Source of the DNA: Glycera tridactyla | Taxonomy: Eukaryota | Direction: 5' to 3' | DNA: 64,000 bases | Assembly (NCBI GenBank): GCA_965644265.1 | Contig: OZ286468.1 | Coordinates: 76,074,001 to 76,138,000 of the forward strand | In this document: one piece after another, positions 50,812 through 62,135 of the stretch | Numbering within the stretch: position 1 is the first letter of the stretch | Layout of the letters: each line of letters opens with the position of its first letter | Made by a program: the position numbers and the translations under genes | Notes under the pieces: generated by a model | Seen by the model: only the letters and a program-made list of their open reading frames with translations | Databases searched by the model: none | What the model was told of the DNA's origin: nothing

Positions 50812-52215
50812 TTAGTTTCCCTGCTGATTCTGAGAGGCTAAATAAGCTGCTCGTTGCTGACGCATGCGAGAAAACATCTTGCTTTCATCCCAATCTATAG
50901 AACAAGTCTTAGCTACATGGCCTTTCTCCCCACAATTATAACATATAGCTTTCTCTAACCATTTAGGTTTCCACTAGGGTTTCACACCATCATGTGAAAA
51001 CAGAGGTTTCTCAGTGGCAGCACTAGCTGCAGCTACGACTGGAGTTTTGCCAGATAGTTGTAAACTCTTCGGGTTCTGAACTACTTGGTCTATCTGACCG
51101 GACAATTTCTTAGAAGCAGATCTAATGTCATACAAAATGTCACTATGTACAGGAGTAGATTTGATGGAAGGGTTGGAAATGGCTAAAGCAGCTAAACTAG
51201 TTTCTTCCTCAACAGAATTAACATAATCTAAAAAAGATAGGTTAATTGAAGAAACAGAAGCTGTCTTCTTGTTTCTCATACACCTCCTCTTGCGCTCCTT
51301 ACTTTCCCTCTCAAAAGCTTGCAACTGAGTACTAAAATCTTGGTACCCAGGATATTTGTCAAGGTCTTTGAGTTTGAACTCAGAAGTGATCATAAAGTGA
51401 TCAGTGGACTGTAACCCTCTAAGAAAATAATGTATTAGAGACTGGTTCACATCAGCAAAATACTTAGGATCTACTCTCACCATTTCTGATATAATATCAT
51501 CTATCCTAGACAAGAAATCAGATGGAGATTCAGTGACTTCCTGAATACAGTCCATCAGCCTATCGACTAGATGGGAAATACTGTCTGAAGCACCATAAGT
51601 GATCGCTATCTTATTCACTAAGGCAGCACTGGTCTCTATTGCCCTAGCAGCTCTCAAAGCTTTCCCTGTTAAACTGAGTCGCAATGTTTTCAGTTTCTCC
51701 TTCTCGGAAATATCGGCATCGTTCATGACATGTTCATTGGCCAACAACAGCCATTCTTCCACCGTACATTCCCCAGAGCCAGGTTTGTCCCTACCCGAGA
51801 ACTTCTTCAAACCTCAATAATGAGCAGTAGCTTCAGGTTTGGGTGATCGTGGTGTTGTGGGTGCAGGTGGTGTCTGAACAATGGTAGTTGAAATGATTGC
51901 ATCCTTTCGAAGCTGTTCGACAAAAGAGACATGATAAGCATCATTTCCTAGAATGATACAATCATTGTCATCTAACACGTCACAATTCTTATCGAAGGCT
52001 ACATGATCTCGCGAGTGGATCAACAAACAATTGCAAGGTTCAGCCACAGTGTCATAGATAAGAAAAAGGTCAAAATCTACGAATATAGTCCCTACCAACT
52101 TGGTGGTAGCAGCTTTCCAATCTGGATCAGCAGCTACAGGCACTGGGTACCTTTCAATCACCATGCAATAATAAGGGGGAATATTCAACCTTTTGCAAGC
52201 CACGTCAGGATCCAT
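50812..52215 (-). pseudogene. gag: gag (PNMA-like capsid with C-terminal CCHC zinc knuckle), two in-frame stops
   Basis: One frame from 52215 to TAA at 50812. It contains Y*GLKKFSG (TGA at 51814-51816), EEWL...EKEKLKTLRLSLTGKAL, TAG at 50974-50976, then CYNCGEKGHVAKTC. Confidence 0.92.
50815..50821 (-). promoter_or_regulatory. -1 ribosomal frameshift slippery site G GGA AAC at the gag-pol junction
   Basis: An X XXY YYZ heptamer sits immediately before the gag TAA. The -1 frame is open (GKLIPEKELD...) into the protease LIDTGSQVS. Confidence 0.85.
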
Positions 52216-52660
52216 GTTGACGTTGCAAGATATATGGCACTACCCTAAATAGAGAATATAAATTCACAAAAAGAAAAGGGTATTAATTCTGTGTAAAGTA
52301 AAATGATTAATACATATGCAACACTCAGGCTAAATTCCGTATCTGAAACAAAGTTTTGGATTAATCTGGTATAAACCAGTGGCACCAAATCGCACTATTA
52401 ATACAGAATAAGTTGACACATACCAATTCAGCCAGTCCAGTATAGCATACAAGTCATCACTACTCAAATCCAGATAAAGATATAATGCATATAGAAGATG
52501 TAAATGAATAGATTAATACATGTCTGTAAACAAAAACATGCATCTACAAGTCATACAATTGTACCACAAATAAGACCACTGTATGATATAGTGAGATGAA
52601 ATTTGATCAATTAAATTTCAAAAACATCATGGCTGGGCAAATCAGACATCAACAAATCTG

Positions 52661-52678
52661 ATCCCGGACGAGCCCCCA
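52661..52678 (-). promoter_or_regulatory. Primer-binding site for tRNA-Pro
   Basis: The - strand reads TGGGGGCTCGTCCGGGAT, the 18-nt complement of the tRNA-Pro 3' end (same as the MuLV PBS), 2 nt from the LTR. Confidence 0.95.
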
Positions 52679-52680
52679 TG

Positions 52681-55600
52681 TGTAATCCTTCCAATATGAC
52701 AATGGAATTAAACCAGTCATCCGACAGGCTTGTAGGAGTATTCCCTCCTCTTCCTTAAGATGCAACCTTGGCAAGAAGTTTATATCTGATTAAATTACCA
52801 TTATCAAGAACAGCAGGAAGCAATGTATAGGTTAACCGGGCTTTTACCCCATTTATCCCAATGTCAAAATGAATGGCATTGCTCCTGTGGATCGATGTTC
52901 ACAAAAATATATACGTTGTACTAAAAGATGTTAAAATGCGCGATCAGTATTACATGTTGAATCCCATTGTTTGCCAGCTCTAATGAAACCATAAATCTAT
53001 AAAGACATCTCATCTATCACACAGGGAACTCAATTGTTGGTTCAAAAGTATAAGATGACACATAAATAGAGTTGTAGATACATATTTTAATTTGTATAAA
53101 GTTCACATAGTAGGTAGGTTGTAAATGATAGATCATAATTTGAATGAAGCAATATAGATTATCACAGTATCAAGTAGACAAAAAGTCAGTTATACTCATG
53201 ATGAAATAAATAAATTCATTTCAAATATTCAGATCTGAATCATATACATATATGACAAATATGGATGAACTCGTGTTACATAAATACCAGTGATACATCA
53301 GAATTATTCAACTCACGACATACTCATACACAGGATATTCATGGCCGAATGACAAAGTGAGGTACCTCAATGAGTTATACAAGTACACACTCAAATAGTC
53401 ACAAGATTGAGCTCAAACCCTTTTATAGTACTATCTTCTTTCTTGTTCCATCGTTGACTTGGGCGCTTGAGAAGTGGCCACTGCAGCTAGCTAGAAATAT
53501 AAACAAAGTCAAAGACACTGTGTCTAGATAGTTAGTGCACTTTAGATATATGACTTTAAAAGTTTGGGTTAAAGACCCACGATGCAAGATCGACTTTAAA
53601 AGTTAATATAGTGGTGGCCACCTAGTTGCACATGCGATGACGAACTTTGGTTATATATCCATATCAGCTAGAGAATGATGGTAGCTGATACTAGAACGTG
53701 TATCATAGATGGAAGTAGAAGTAAAGAGGAGACATCATTCCTCTCGAGTGAAGTAGCTTATCTCGTAAAGATAGCTAACAGCATCTCACCGTGTGAAGAG
53801 ATTATGTCCTACACATTTCCCATGTGTATAGTGCGTTTAACACACTAAAGAATATGTAGACGACGACTAGGCATATCCGCCTATATTAGTAGATTCCCAT
53901 AAGCCCGGGAGGCGACGTGGGAATGGAGTGGCCTGAAGAGTACGCACCTCTTCAATTTACGACATCTCAGACGCGTTGGTCGCTGCAAGAAGATAAAAAA
54001 AAGTCTCCTACCAACTTGTCCAAGTATCATAAAGAAAAGTTTTAATTCAAAAAGTATCTTTAAACAACTCTAAGTTTTTATTTATGTTTGTTGCGTGCAC
54101 TTAGTTACTTGCAGTTGCCAGATCTATTATAGTGGGAAAGCAGGATCCCACTCTATTCCCCACTAACTAAATAGCATAAGAATTTAACTTACAAGTTACC
54201 ATTGATCAAGTTACTAGAAATATTTCAACATTCAGTTGAAGAGATTGTCAAAAGACAATCAGCAAGTATCACCGTTGAAAAGAAATCTCAATGCACTTAA
54301 GCCATTATCAACGGAGCAGGCACTGAGCCAACTAAGTTAATCTATCAATGAACAAGGCATTAAAATATCATCAGCTGTATCAGAGAGAGCTAAGTTCACG
54401 GGAAAATGAACTAGAAAGGTGAACACACCAAGTCCTCTCTCAGTCAGCTGGGATCATGATGCAGCAGCAATACAGCGAAAAAGTTGAAGTCCAACTGTCT
54501 GCATGAAAAGAGCAAGCACGCTTTTCAAAATCAAAAATAGTTAAGTCCTCATCAAATCAAATTCAAAAATTTGAATAAATTCTAAATTAAGAATCCGAGA
54601 TAGAGAAATCAATCTATTCAGAACAGGTGGTCTTTGTAGACAGTATCAGATAGAGTCACCACTCACCGAAGCAAGAGGCAAGATCTGAAATCAACCCAAG
54701 TTCCCCCTCCCTTACACTGCGAGTATGACCTACCTAACATAGACCGGAACGCACTAAGTCACAGCTGCAACAGCAGCGGGGTCTAAGTTCCGATCTACCA
54801 AGTCCGTGCTAAGTTCGAATTCTAAAATTCACCAAATCCCAATTTCAACTCCTTTCAAGCCATTTGGTAATGTCTAAAGTCGAAATTAGTCATGTAATTC
54901 CAGAAATATAAGAGCGAAATGCATTTACATGCAGTCCCATATGTCACAAACCTCAAACACAAATGTGCTTACTAGGTAAGACCATGAGTAAGTCCGGTAA
55001 GCACCGTGCTGAGTTTCAGTCAACGCGCTAAGTTCGCGCTGTCAAATCACAAATAGCGCTAAAGCCAGCACACTGAAGTTCTATAAAAGCAATCCGCACA
55101 TAACGAGAAACAATTCCGATCAATTCTAAAGCATCTAAAAGCTTTTATCCAAAAGTGAAAAAGTTTCAAACTTGTTGAAAAGTGTAAAGTGGATCGGAAG
55201 CTCAAAGTGAGGCTCATACATGTGGCGGATGGAAATCCAAAATGGCGGATTGTTTACATCTGACCGATCAGTCAGAAACAGCTGTTCATTCCAGAACGCT
55301 CAGAAAGTATCTCGGAGCTCAAATGACAGCGCATAGCAGCTTATTCATTACGAGAGCTATACAATTACAAATATAGCCGTTTGAAGGTCTAAAATCAATC
55401 CAAAAGAATTTTCCTTCGAAAATACAGCCTAACGTGATGTCGCAGATCATATAGACCAAAAATCTCAAGGTGGTCACATGTGACAGGTTGGTCTCAATAC
55501 GGAGGTTCCCTAAAAAAAGTAGGTCACGGGATTTAGGGACATCACACAAGACTAAGCAAGCTTAGGACGGGTCCGTGCTTAGGATATACAGCGCTTAGGA

Positions 55601-57853
55601 CAGAAATCAAGCTTATCAGAGTGGACCTTCTCCGAAAAAGTCTAAATTCAGGCCGGGCACATGAATCACAAGCAGACACTACGTGTAAACAAAACAAGCC
55701 TCGGTTTGTCGTCTCCCCTACATGTCTATTACAAGTACGAGCACCAAAAACATTCCACCGGATCTTCAATTGACAAATACGACAGTTGTGGTCATAGAAA
55801 TTGAAATACCATCAAACTAGCACTTGATCGTTTATAAACAAGCTTTTTGCAAGCCGAAATAAATTCAGAAAACTGAAATTGAAGCATATTTGATCGGTCG
55901 ATTAATCGATTAATCGATCGGTTAACCGTCAAAGAATTCCAGATTTTCACACCATATGAACGACGTTAGATTATTACCTTCTCAAAACAAGCCGTTTCAA
56001 TGAAAATACGTTTTTCAATAAAGAATTTCACTCGGAAAAGAAAAGATTGACTGGATCTCTATTCATATGATCAGGGAGCTAAAGAAAACAGATCAGCTGT
56101 GTGTGCTATTTACGAAACCAGCAGCAGAGTTCACCTTAGCGGTGACCTGGTTAGTACACATGACAGCGAGCTGCCATTGTCATACCGAGATAGGCATGTT
56201 CATTTCAACTCAGCCCACATGGACTGGTAGAGTAGCCGGGTCTAAAAACACACAGATTCAGAGAGAAAAGACACAGTCGTCTCTGCTGATATTTCAACTG
56301 AAAATGATCTTACAGAAATATTCCTTTCACAATATTATTCCTATAGAGAAATCCCGTGAATATAATTGAATTTTGAATGATTCAATCATCTAATTCACAC
56401 AGAAATCCGATATATTACACAAATGATCAGAATCTGATCGGTAGGAGCTATATTGAGACGTGTTAGCAGTTCATACACACAGCTTCTCTCACCCGGAGGA
56501 TTCAGTGAGTCCAAGCGTTAAATACTATATTACAAATTCCTGCATAGCCCTGTTCCACCCAAACAGGCGTACTGCACCGGGAACAACGCAGGAGGAACAC
56601 GGCATAGTTCCACGCAGTTCCACTTGTTCCAAAATCACCGGAACAGCACAGGGAATTAACAGAAACAGATAGAACTACCAATATCCGCGAGAATTATCAG
56701 CTAGTTGTTTGGATCAGGACGGCATTTATGGAACAAAATCCTATCATCCAAAATGATCCAAAATCATCCAAAAACATGCAAATTCTAGATTTTGACCACG
56801 TATGCTCGAAAGATGGTACATTCAATACAAAACACGGAAGATCCGATGACATGAAATGGCATGATACTAAAAATGGCCATTTGGGCAATTGGGGAAAATG
56901 ACTCCTAATAAAGCCTCCTAAAAGGATCCTAAAACATTTCTAAATCTCATGAACACTTACTGGATGTAGTAGAGCTCAGGATGATGTAGTGGAGTCCATT
57001 GTTTCTATTCCAGTGCAGCGATACTGGAGAAGCAAGATGTTCTCTGCTCCCGACTCCCTCAGCTCCGGTGCGTACTCTTCAGGACAGAATTTCCAAGTGC
57101 CAGAACTCCTGTCTGGAATACTTTTATGTATCCGTCCTGAAGAGCCAGCAAAGAGCGGGAAAAAAGAGCGGGAGAAGCGATGTCAAGCTCCCCGAGTCAG
57201 CTACCTCGAAAGTATTCGCTCGAGACTTTTCTAGATCAATTACAGAAGATTTTCTGAGAAAACATGTACATTGCATGTACATTGCAGATCACTTTCCTCC
57301 TGCGCGACTCCGAGCTCCTCCTGCTCAGGGAGTCATTCACTATACTGTGTGATCAACTATGTTGGCAAAAAACCGTCCGATAAACGGCCTATCCCACGGA
57401 CTAACAAATTTGCCTCAAAAGATACAATTCCCATCTTCGGGATATCTTTAGCCCTAATACAGATACGTATCGTGTAAAAATATGGTCTTCCTACGTCCAT
57501 TATTCATGAAGATATCGCATTTCTACTGTTTCACCCTAGAAACACTGCAAGCTGGGCACCCACCGCGAACGGCGATTCCACTGCGTGTAACTCGAACTCT
57601 AGTTGCCACACCAACAACCAGATAGGTGAAACAACGAATATTAGAAAACTAACAGGATTTCTACTGTTTTTCAACTAATAGAAGTGAAACTATCTCATGC
57701 TTCTGAAGTAGGAAGGAATAATTATCAATCTAGTAGCGTAAAAATAGTGCCGCGGGCCTCAAAAGAGGAATTCCGCGAATTCCGCTACCAGAAATCCCTA
57801 TATTGTTCATGTTATTCTAACAAACGTCGCATGTTCAAAAACGTGGCGTTACA
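52681..57853 (-). repeat. 5' LTR (5173 bp)
   Basis: Followed on the - strand by CA and then the PBS. Confidence 0.97.
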
Positions 57854-59074
57854 CTTGCGCAACACAGATCAATGTTATGAGAGACCAACCCCCCCCCCCC
57901 CCCTTTAAACCGGACGTTACTCTCACGCACCACAAACACTAGGGTCCCCCCCCCTGATCAATATTCGCGGTAATGGAGTCGACGAGATGCGGTATCACAA
58001 GCTGACCGCTTACGCGAGCAACGTGATTAGCGACAAATTGCGTGTTAACCCGATCCCCACCCATATTGCGGAACCTGCCGTTTATTTATGTTTTATTCAT
58101 ACGCATATACTCGCATTCCGGCCGCCGTTGTAGGGTTTCTATTTCTGCGCATATTACTCATGTCGCGCGAAGGACAACCGCCGCCTCATATCCCATGCGT
58201 ATTCACATCCCGGTCGTCCGAATATTTTATATCTCATATATATCGCAAGCGTGCAAAGGACGGTCGACGCCGTACATATCCATACGCCCGCTTTCTGATC
58301 GGCGTCCGTAGCTGTTTTTTTTTGCTTATGTTTATATTCATATCTCACAAGCGAGAGAGAAACGAGCGGCAATGTCGCTCCGACAGGGAGACCTTTTCCA
58401 CGAAGGCCCAAATTCTGTGCCTGCACCGCGTCCTCCGCGAGGCGAGGCGAGAGTGCGTCCCAGGACATCCAAAGGGGGCCGACGGAAGTCGTATCGCGGC
58501 AAGACGAGCCGAAGCCCAGATTTGGTGCCTGTATCGTGTCCTATTGCGAGGAGCCTCCACGAGGGGGCGAACCCAATCTAGAGCGCTGTATCATTATTGG
58601 ACGGCATCGTATTATATCGCCGTATTATATATATATAACGATTGAACGGTCGATGAATATCTAATGTCCTCTCGACACCGAATCGGTCATTCCGGACACG
58701 TATATATATATATGTGTAAACAGACCATCGTCTTGTTATCGCGAAGAAAGGAGGCGGGAAGAAGAAGGCCGCAATCGATAGCCGTCCGTCCGACCACCGG
58801 ACAGGGACAGCGCTTGATCGAATGTACGACGGGAGAATAGTCCGCTGCGGAGGACACGCTGAAAGCCGTGATGAAAGTTGTCGACGCGCGACAGCTACGA
58901 CCTCTCAGGGGGATAATCTGGAATCCGCGATGCGAGAGTCGTCCGCGAGGGCGGACACGAAGAAGAAGGAGGAGGACACTCCGGTCGGTTTGCGGCGGGC
59001 GCCTTGCGCCGACGTCCGGATCCGGACGCCGGGGCGCCCCCCCTTCCGGCCCGGGGGGATGCACCCAATCCTTT

Positions 59075-59544
59075 CTACAGCCCCCGCACCACGGACATCG
59101 CCGATCGGACGTCTTCCAGCGCCCCGAGGTCCCGTCCCTCCAGCCGGAGGACCAGGAAGGCGAGGCAGTAGTCGCCGCAGAACCCGTTCGCCCCCTCGGC
59201 GGCGGCGGCCGAGAGGGGAACGGGACCTCCAGGCGGTCGCAGTTCGCGCGGGCAAATTGCTCCAGCTCGGCGTCGCCGTAGTCGCCGGGCCGGAGTCCGG
59301 CCAGGTCGAAGAACCGGCCAGCCCCCGTCCCGGCGGGAAACAGGAAGCAGACCCAGTGACCTCCCCTCCTGACGGCGGACCGGTTGACGTTCACCACGTA
59401 CGCCGCCGGTCGATCGCCCGGTCTCAGCGCGGGCAGGAGCCGGAGCTCGTCGCGGGCCGCGACGACCCCGGTCCTCAGCCGCTCGGCGAAGGGTGGCGAC
59501 GATGACAGGACCCCCCTGATCTGGCCGGATGAACAGTAGCACAT
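59075..59544 (-). pseudogene. Adenain-like cysteine protease (Polinton PRO), frameshifted at ~59195
   Basis: AYVVN...GGHWV (His) and FFD (Asp) lie in one frame; FCGDYC (Cys) lies in the adjacent frame. Confidence 0.85.
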
Positions 59545-59955
59545 TTTTTTTTTCTTCCCCGCTGACAAATATATATATATATATACCGCTAATCACAAAC
59601 ACAAGCTATACGTAAATAATGCCTCCCCCCCTCCCCCTCGGCCGGCGATGCCGGCCGCGTCTCCGACCCGCACCGATCCCCGTTTTCCCTCCAGCCCGAT
59701 CCGTATGCCGGTAACAAACACTAGGTGCTGACAACAATAGTGATTCCGCCGCTAAAGAAAAAAAAAGCACAATCAGTATACAGGTAACACTCAGCCCCCC
59801 CCACCCGGCAACAAATACCCGCAAACAGCGGCGACGATGACAATATTATATAAGCATAAAATATGCAGTCCAACAACTGGGCGGGTGCGTCCCCGGACGC
59901 CGGGAAGCGTGACGCTAGTCCGGATAAATGCAATAACTGGCGGGGAAACGTGACG

Positions 59956-61308
59956 CTAAACCTCCACAAATATGTTCCTGGGCTTGTCGATCTTGAGCAC
60001 GGAGGGGAAAGTCGCGTAGAGAACGACAGTCACGGCTCTTTCTAACGGGTCCTTGAATCGTATCGAGAGACGGGTGTGACCGCTCCCCCTGATCTGGGTG
60101 CTCTCCGGATCGGGGATTTCCAGATCGATGTTGAAGCTGTATATCGCGAACCCCTGCGGAAAGTCTGCTCTGGAAATTGTGGTTTTGTGAAAGCACTCCT
60201 CGGACACTATGGAGTGAAGCGTGCTGAACGCCTCCATGTATGTTCCCGACTCGTAGTCGCACTGTATGGCCTTATTCGGCACACTGCGTCCGTTCACCGT
60301 GAAGGAAAGCTCCGTCAGATTGAAGTGCTGAAACACGAACGGGTTCTTGTCGTAGCTCCCGGCGAAGGCGGCCGAGTCCACCACGGCCACGACGACGCGC
60401 GCCGGAGTCTGTCCCACATACACGTTCTTGTACGTGTCGGCCGTGAGACTGGCGGGGATGTTGTAAGATTTTATGTCGGACTTCTGGTAGGGGTACATCG
60501 CCGGCGATTCCGAAATGGCCCGATCGTGACCGATCATCACGGCCGGAGCCATCTCTAGCATGGGCACGCGCAGAAAGGCGCTCGTTATCTTGACCCTGTA
60601 GTCCTGATCGGTGGCATCGCTCAGGAGGCGGAAAGCATCCGGAGCGTGTCTCAGTTTCACCTGCAGTTGTACGGCATTCAGCAAATACCGGCTACATGCA
60701 AATAAATCAAAATGTAATTTCCCTATCAGTTCAACTTCTTTAGATTCCTTTGTCATTTCGTACCGAGAGGTCAACTTGTGGTTGATACCTTCGGGGCCGC
60801 CGACTCCCGTACGCACGATGTGAAGCTGACCGGCAACTTCGCGGTCGAACATGGCCATCTGAAGCTCAGAATTGATTGCAGAATTATCCGAGAACAGGAG
60901 CGTGTCCACCATCGCCTTGTATGGATAGGCCGTGACAGACTCCACCTGCCTCTGATTCAGGTACAGTTCGGCGCAGCCGAAGAAGGAGGCGATCGGCATA
61001 TTAGCCACGGTCACCAGGTCATCCTCCTCCAGGTTGCCCTCGCCCCTCTTGAGACGGAACCTCATGTGGAGTCGCAACTTTTTCATGTCTATGTAGTGGG
61101 TAGTGTTGCCGGCAATATTGAACTCGATGGGGGCGTACGGGGAGAGTGGGTTCGTCGGAGCATGATTGACGTTGACCTTCGAAGCGATAGCTACATTAAC
61201 AGGGGGCAAATTGAACAGCTGTACTTCGGGCCCGTACCCGTACCGCTCGTCGGAGTCAGACTCGTACTCTCCTTCCGGCGCCTCCATTACTATGTCCTTG
61301 TCTCCCAT
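59956..61308 (-). CDS. Polinton major capsid protein (double jelly-roll), intact 450 aa
   Basis: PIEFNI.G....YIDM, FFGCAELYLN, YPYKAM..TLL, HFDLF...RYLLN.V.LQVKL, GQTP.RVVV..V...AF.GSYDKNPF.FQHFNL, and C-terminal RL.IRF..PL...VTVVLYA motifs. Confidence 0.92.
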   Translation of the reverse strand: MGDKDIVMEAPEGEYESDSDERYGYGPEVQLFNLPPVNVAIASKVNVNHAPTNPLSPYAPIEFNIAGNTTHYIDMKKLRLHMRFRLKRGEGNLEEDDLVTVANMPIASFFGCAELYLNQRQVESVTAYPYKAMVDTLLFSDNSAINSELQMAMFDREVAGQLHIVRTGVGGPEGINHKLTSRYEMTKESKEVELIGKLHFDLFACSRYLLNAVQLQVKLRHAPDAFRLLSDATDQDYRVKITSAFLRVPMLEMAPAVMIGHDRAISESPAMYPYQKSDIKSYNIPASLTADTYKNVYVGQTPARVVVAVVDSAAFAGSYDKNPFVFQHFNLTELSFTVNGRSVPNKAIQCDYESGTYMEAFSTLHSIVSEECFHKTTISRADFPQGFAIYSFNIDLEIPDPESTQIRGSGHTRLSIRFKDPLERAVTVVLYATFPSVLKIDKPRNIFVEV

Positions 61309-61317
61309 GCTGCTTCA

Positions 61318-61650
61318 CTAAAACACCTCCTTGCGTCCGCGTACAGTCCTTCTCTCCTTCCCCTTTGCCGCCTTCTTCCTGCTCCGGCTCTTGCCCTTCG
61401 ACTTGCCGCTGCCCGCCTTCCTCCCGGAGCTGGACCTGCGCCGCCCTGTCGCCTGCACTATGCCCTTCGCCTTTTGCACGGCCGCCGCAGCAAGTGATAT
61501 GGCCGTCAACTGCGCGTGCCTCCTCCCGCGCTTCCGGCGTCCGCCGGACGATCGCGGGCTGACGACGCGGAAGTCGCTGGTGTATGGCACCTTTCCTCGC
61601 GCCATCTTGAGAAAGTGATCAGTCCACGCGTTCACCCTGCTGTCGGCCAT
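61318..61650 (-). CDS. Small Arg/Lys-rich protein, probable DNA-condensing core protein
   Basis: MADSRVNAWTDHFLKMARGK...GRRKRGRR...KSKGKSRSRKKAAKGK, packed tightly between the minor and major capsid genes. Confidence 0.65.
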   Translation of the reverse strand: MADSRVNAWTDHFLKMARGKVPYTSDFRVVSPRSSGGRRKRGRRHAQLTAISLAAAAVQKAKGIVQATGRRRSSSGRKAGSGKSKGKSRSRKKAAKGKERRTVRGRKEVF

Positions 61651-61658
61651 GATAATGT

Positions 61659-62135
61659 CTACCTGTGCCTCGCGAATTGGAGCACGCAAGTCGTGTGCTT
61701 GGTGAAGGCCCCGTCACCGGGTATGGGTTTCAGCTCCTGGCTGACTAGCCGTATGCGCATCCGCTTCAGTTCCGACCTCACGACTCTGGCCTCTATCCGC
61801 GTGGCGAACTCGTGATGAAATACCTGCTCGCCCTCCGCCTCGGGCGTGGGCAGTGAGAACGCGTTCAGGAGAGGGAGTTTGGCCTCTCGGACGAACGAGC
61901 AGTCAACAAAGTCGCATATCACATAGACCGGGGAAGGCAGTTCCACGGGCGGCTCGCCCTCTATTTGCACGGGGGGAGAATAGAACGATAAAATAGATGA
62001 CAGTGAACATGTCCAGCAGCCCGGAAGGGAGAGCAGTCCCGGAAGTTCCACAGTGAAATCGGTCGGCGAGTTCTCGCCGCAACCCTCCACGGGTTCAGAC
62101 CCGCTGGACACCACGATCACGTACTGCCTCTCCAT
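61659..62135 (-). CDS. Polinton minor capsid (penton-like) protein
   Basis: ENSPTDFTVELP..L.L.G.W...L, VYVICDFVD.S.V.....PLL and C-terminal beta-rich RIRL...VLQF. Its ATG overlaps the integrase stop (TGATG). Confidence 0.82.
   Translation of the reverse strand: MERQYVIVVSSGSEPVEGCGENSPTDFTVELPGLLSLPGCWTCSLSSILSFYSPPVQIEGEPPVELPSPVYVICDFVDCSFVREAKLPLLNAFSLPTPEAEGEQVFHHEFATRIEARVVRSELKRMRIRLVSQELKPIPGDGAFTKHTTCVLQFARHR

Larger units (their letters stand above)
45519..50821 (-). pseudogene. pol: pol: protease, RT, RNase H (split by intron-like insertion 47877-48657), integrase; frameshift at ~47222
   Basis: DTGS; KMDIRSGYY, FSTPFGLYEY, FLDD; LHVDAC..GLGAVL...HPVC|YASRSL...ELFLGLKW-like KLEFLGLKW, TDNNPL; integrase HHCC remnant, D-D-E (MDYL, SDRG, ERFN) and SPFELIFG. 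Confidence 0.95.
39336..57853 (-). mobile_element. Full-length Ty3/Gypsy LTR retrotransposon, 18518 bp
   Basis: TGTAA...TTACA LTR termini, 4-bp TSD CTTG (39332-39335 and 57854-57857), PBS, and gag then PR-RT-RH-IN order. Confidence 0.98.

Noticed and set aside
50974-51816. Programmed stop-codon readthrough in gag
   Set aside because: Contexts (TGA GGT, TAG TGG) match no known readthrough motif, and single C>T changes from CGA/CAG explain both stops.
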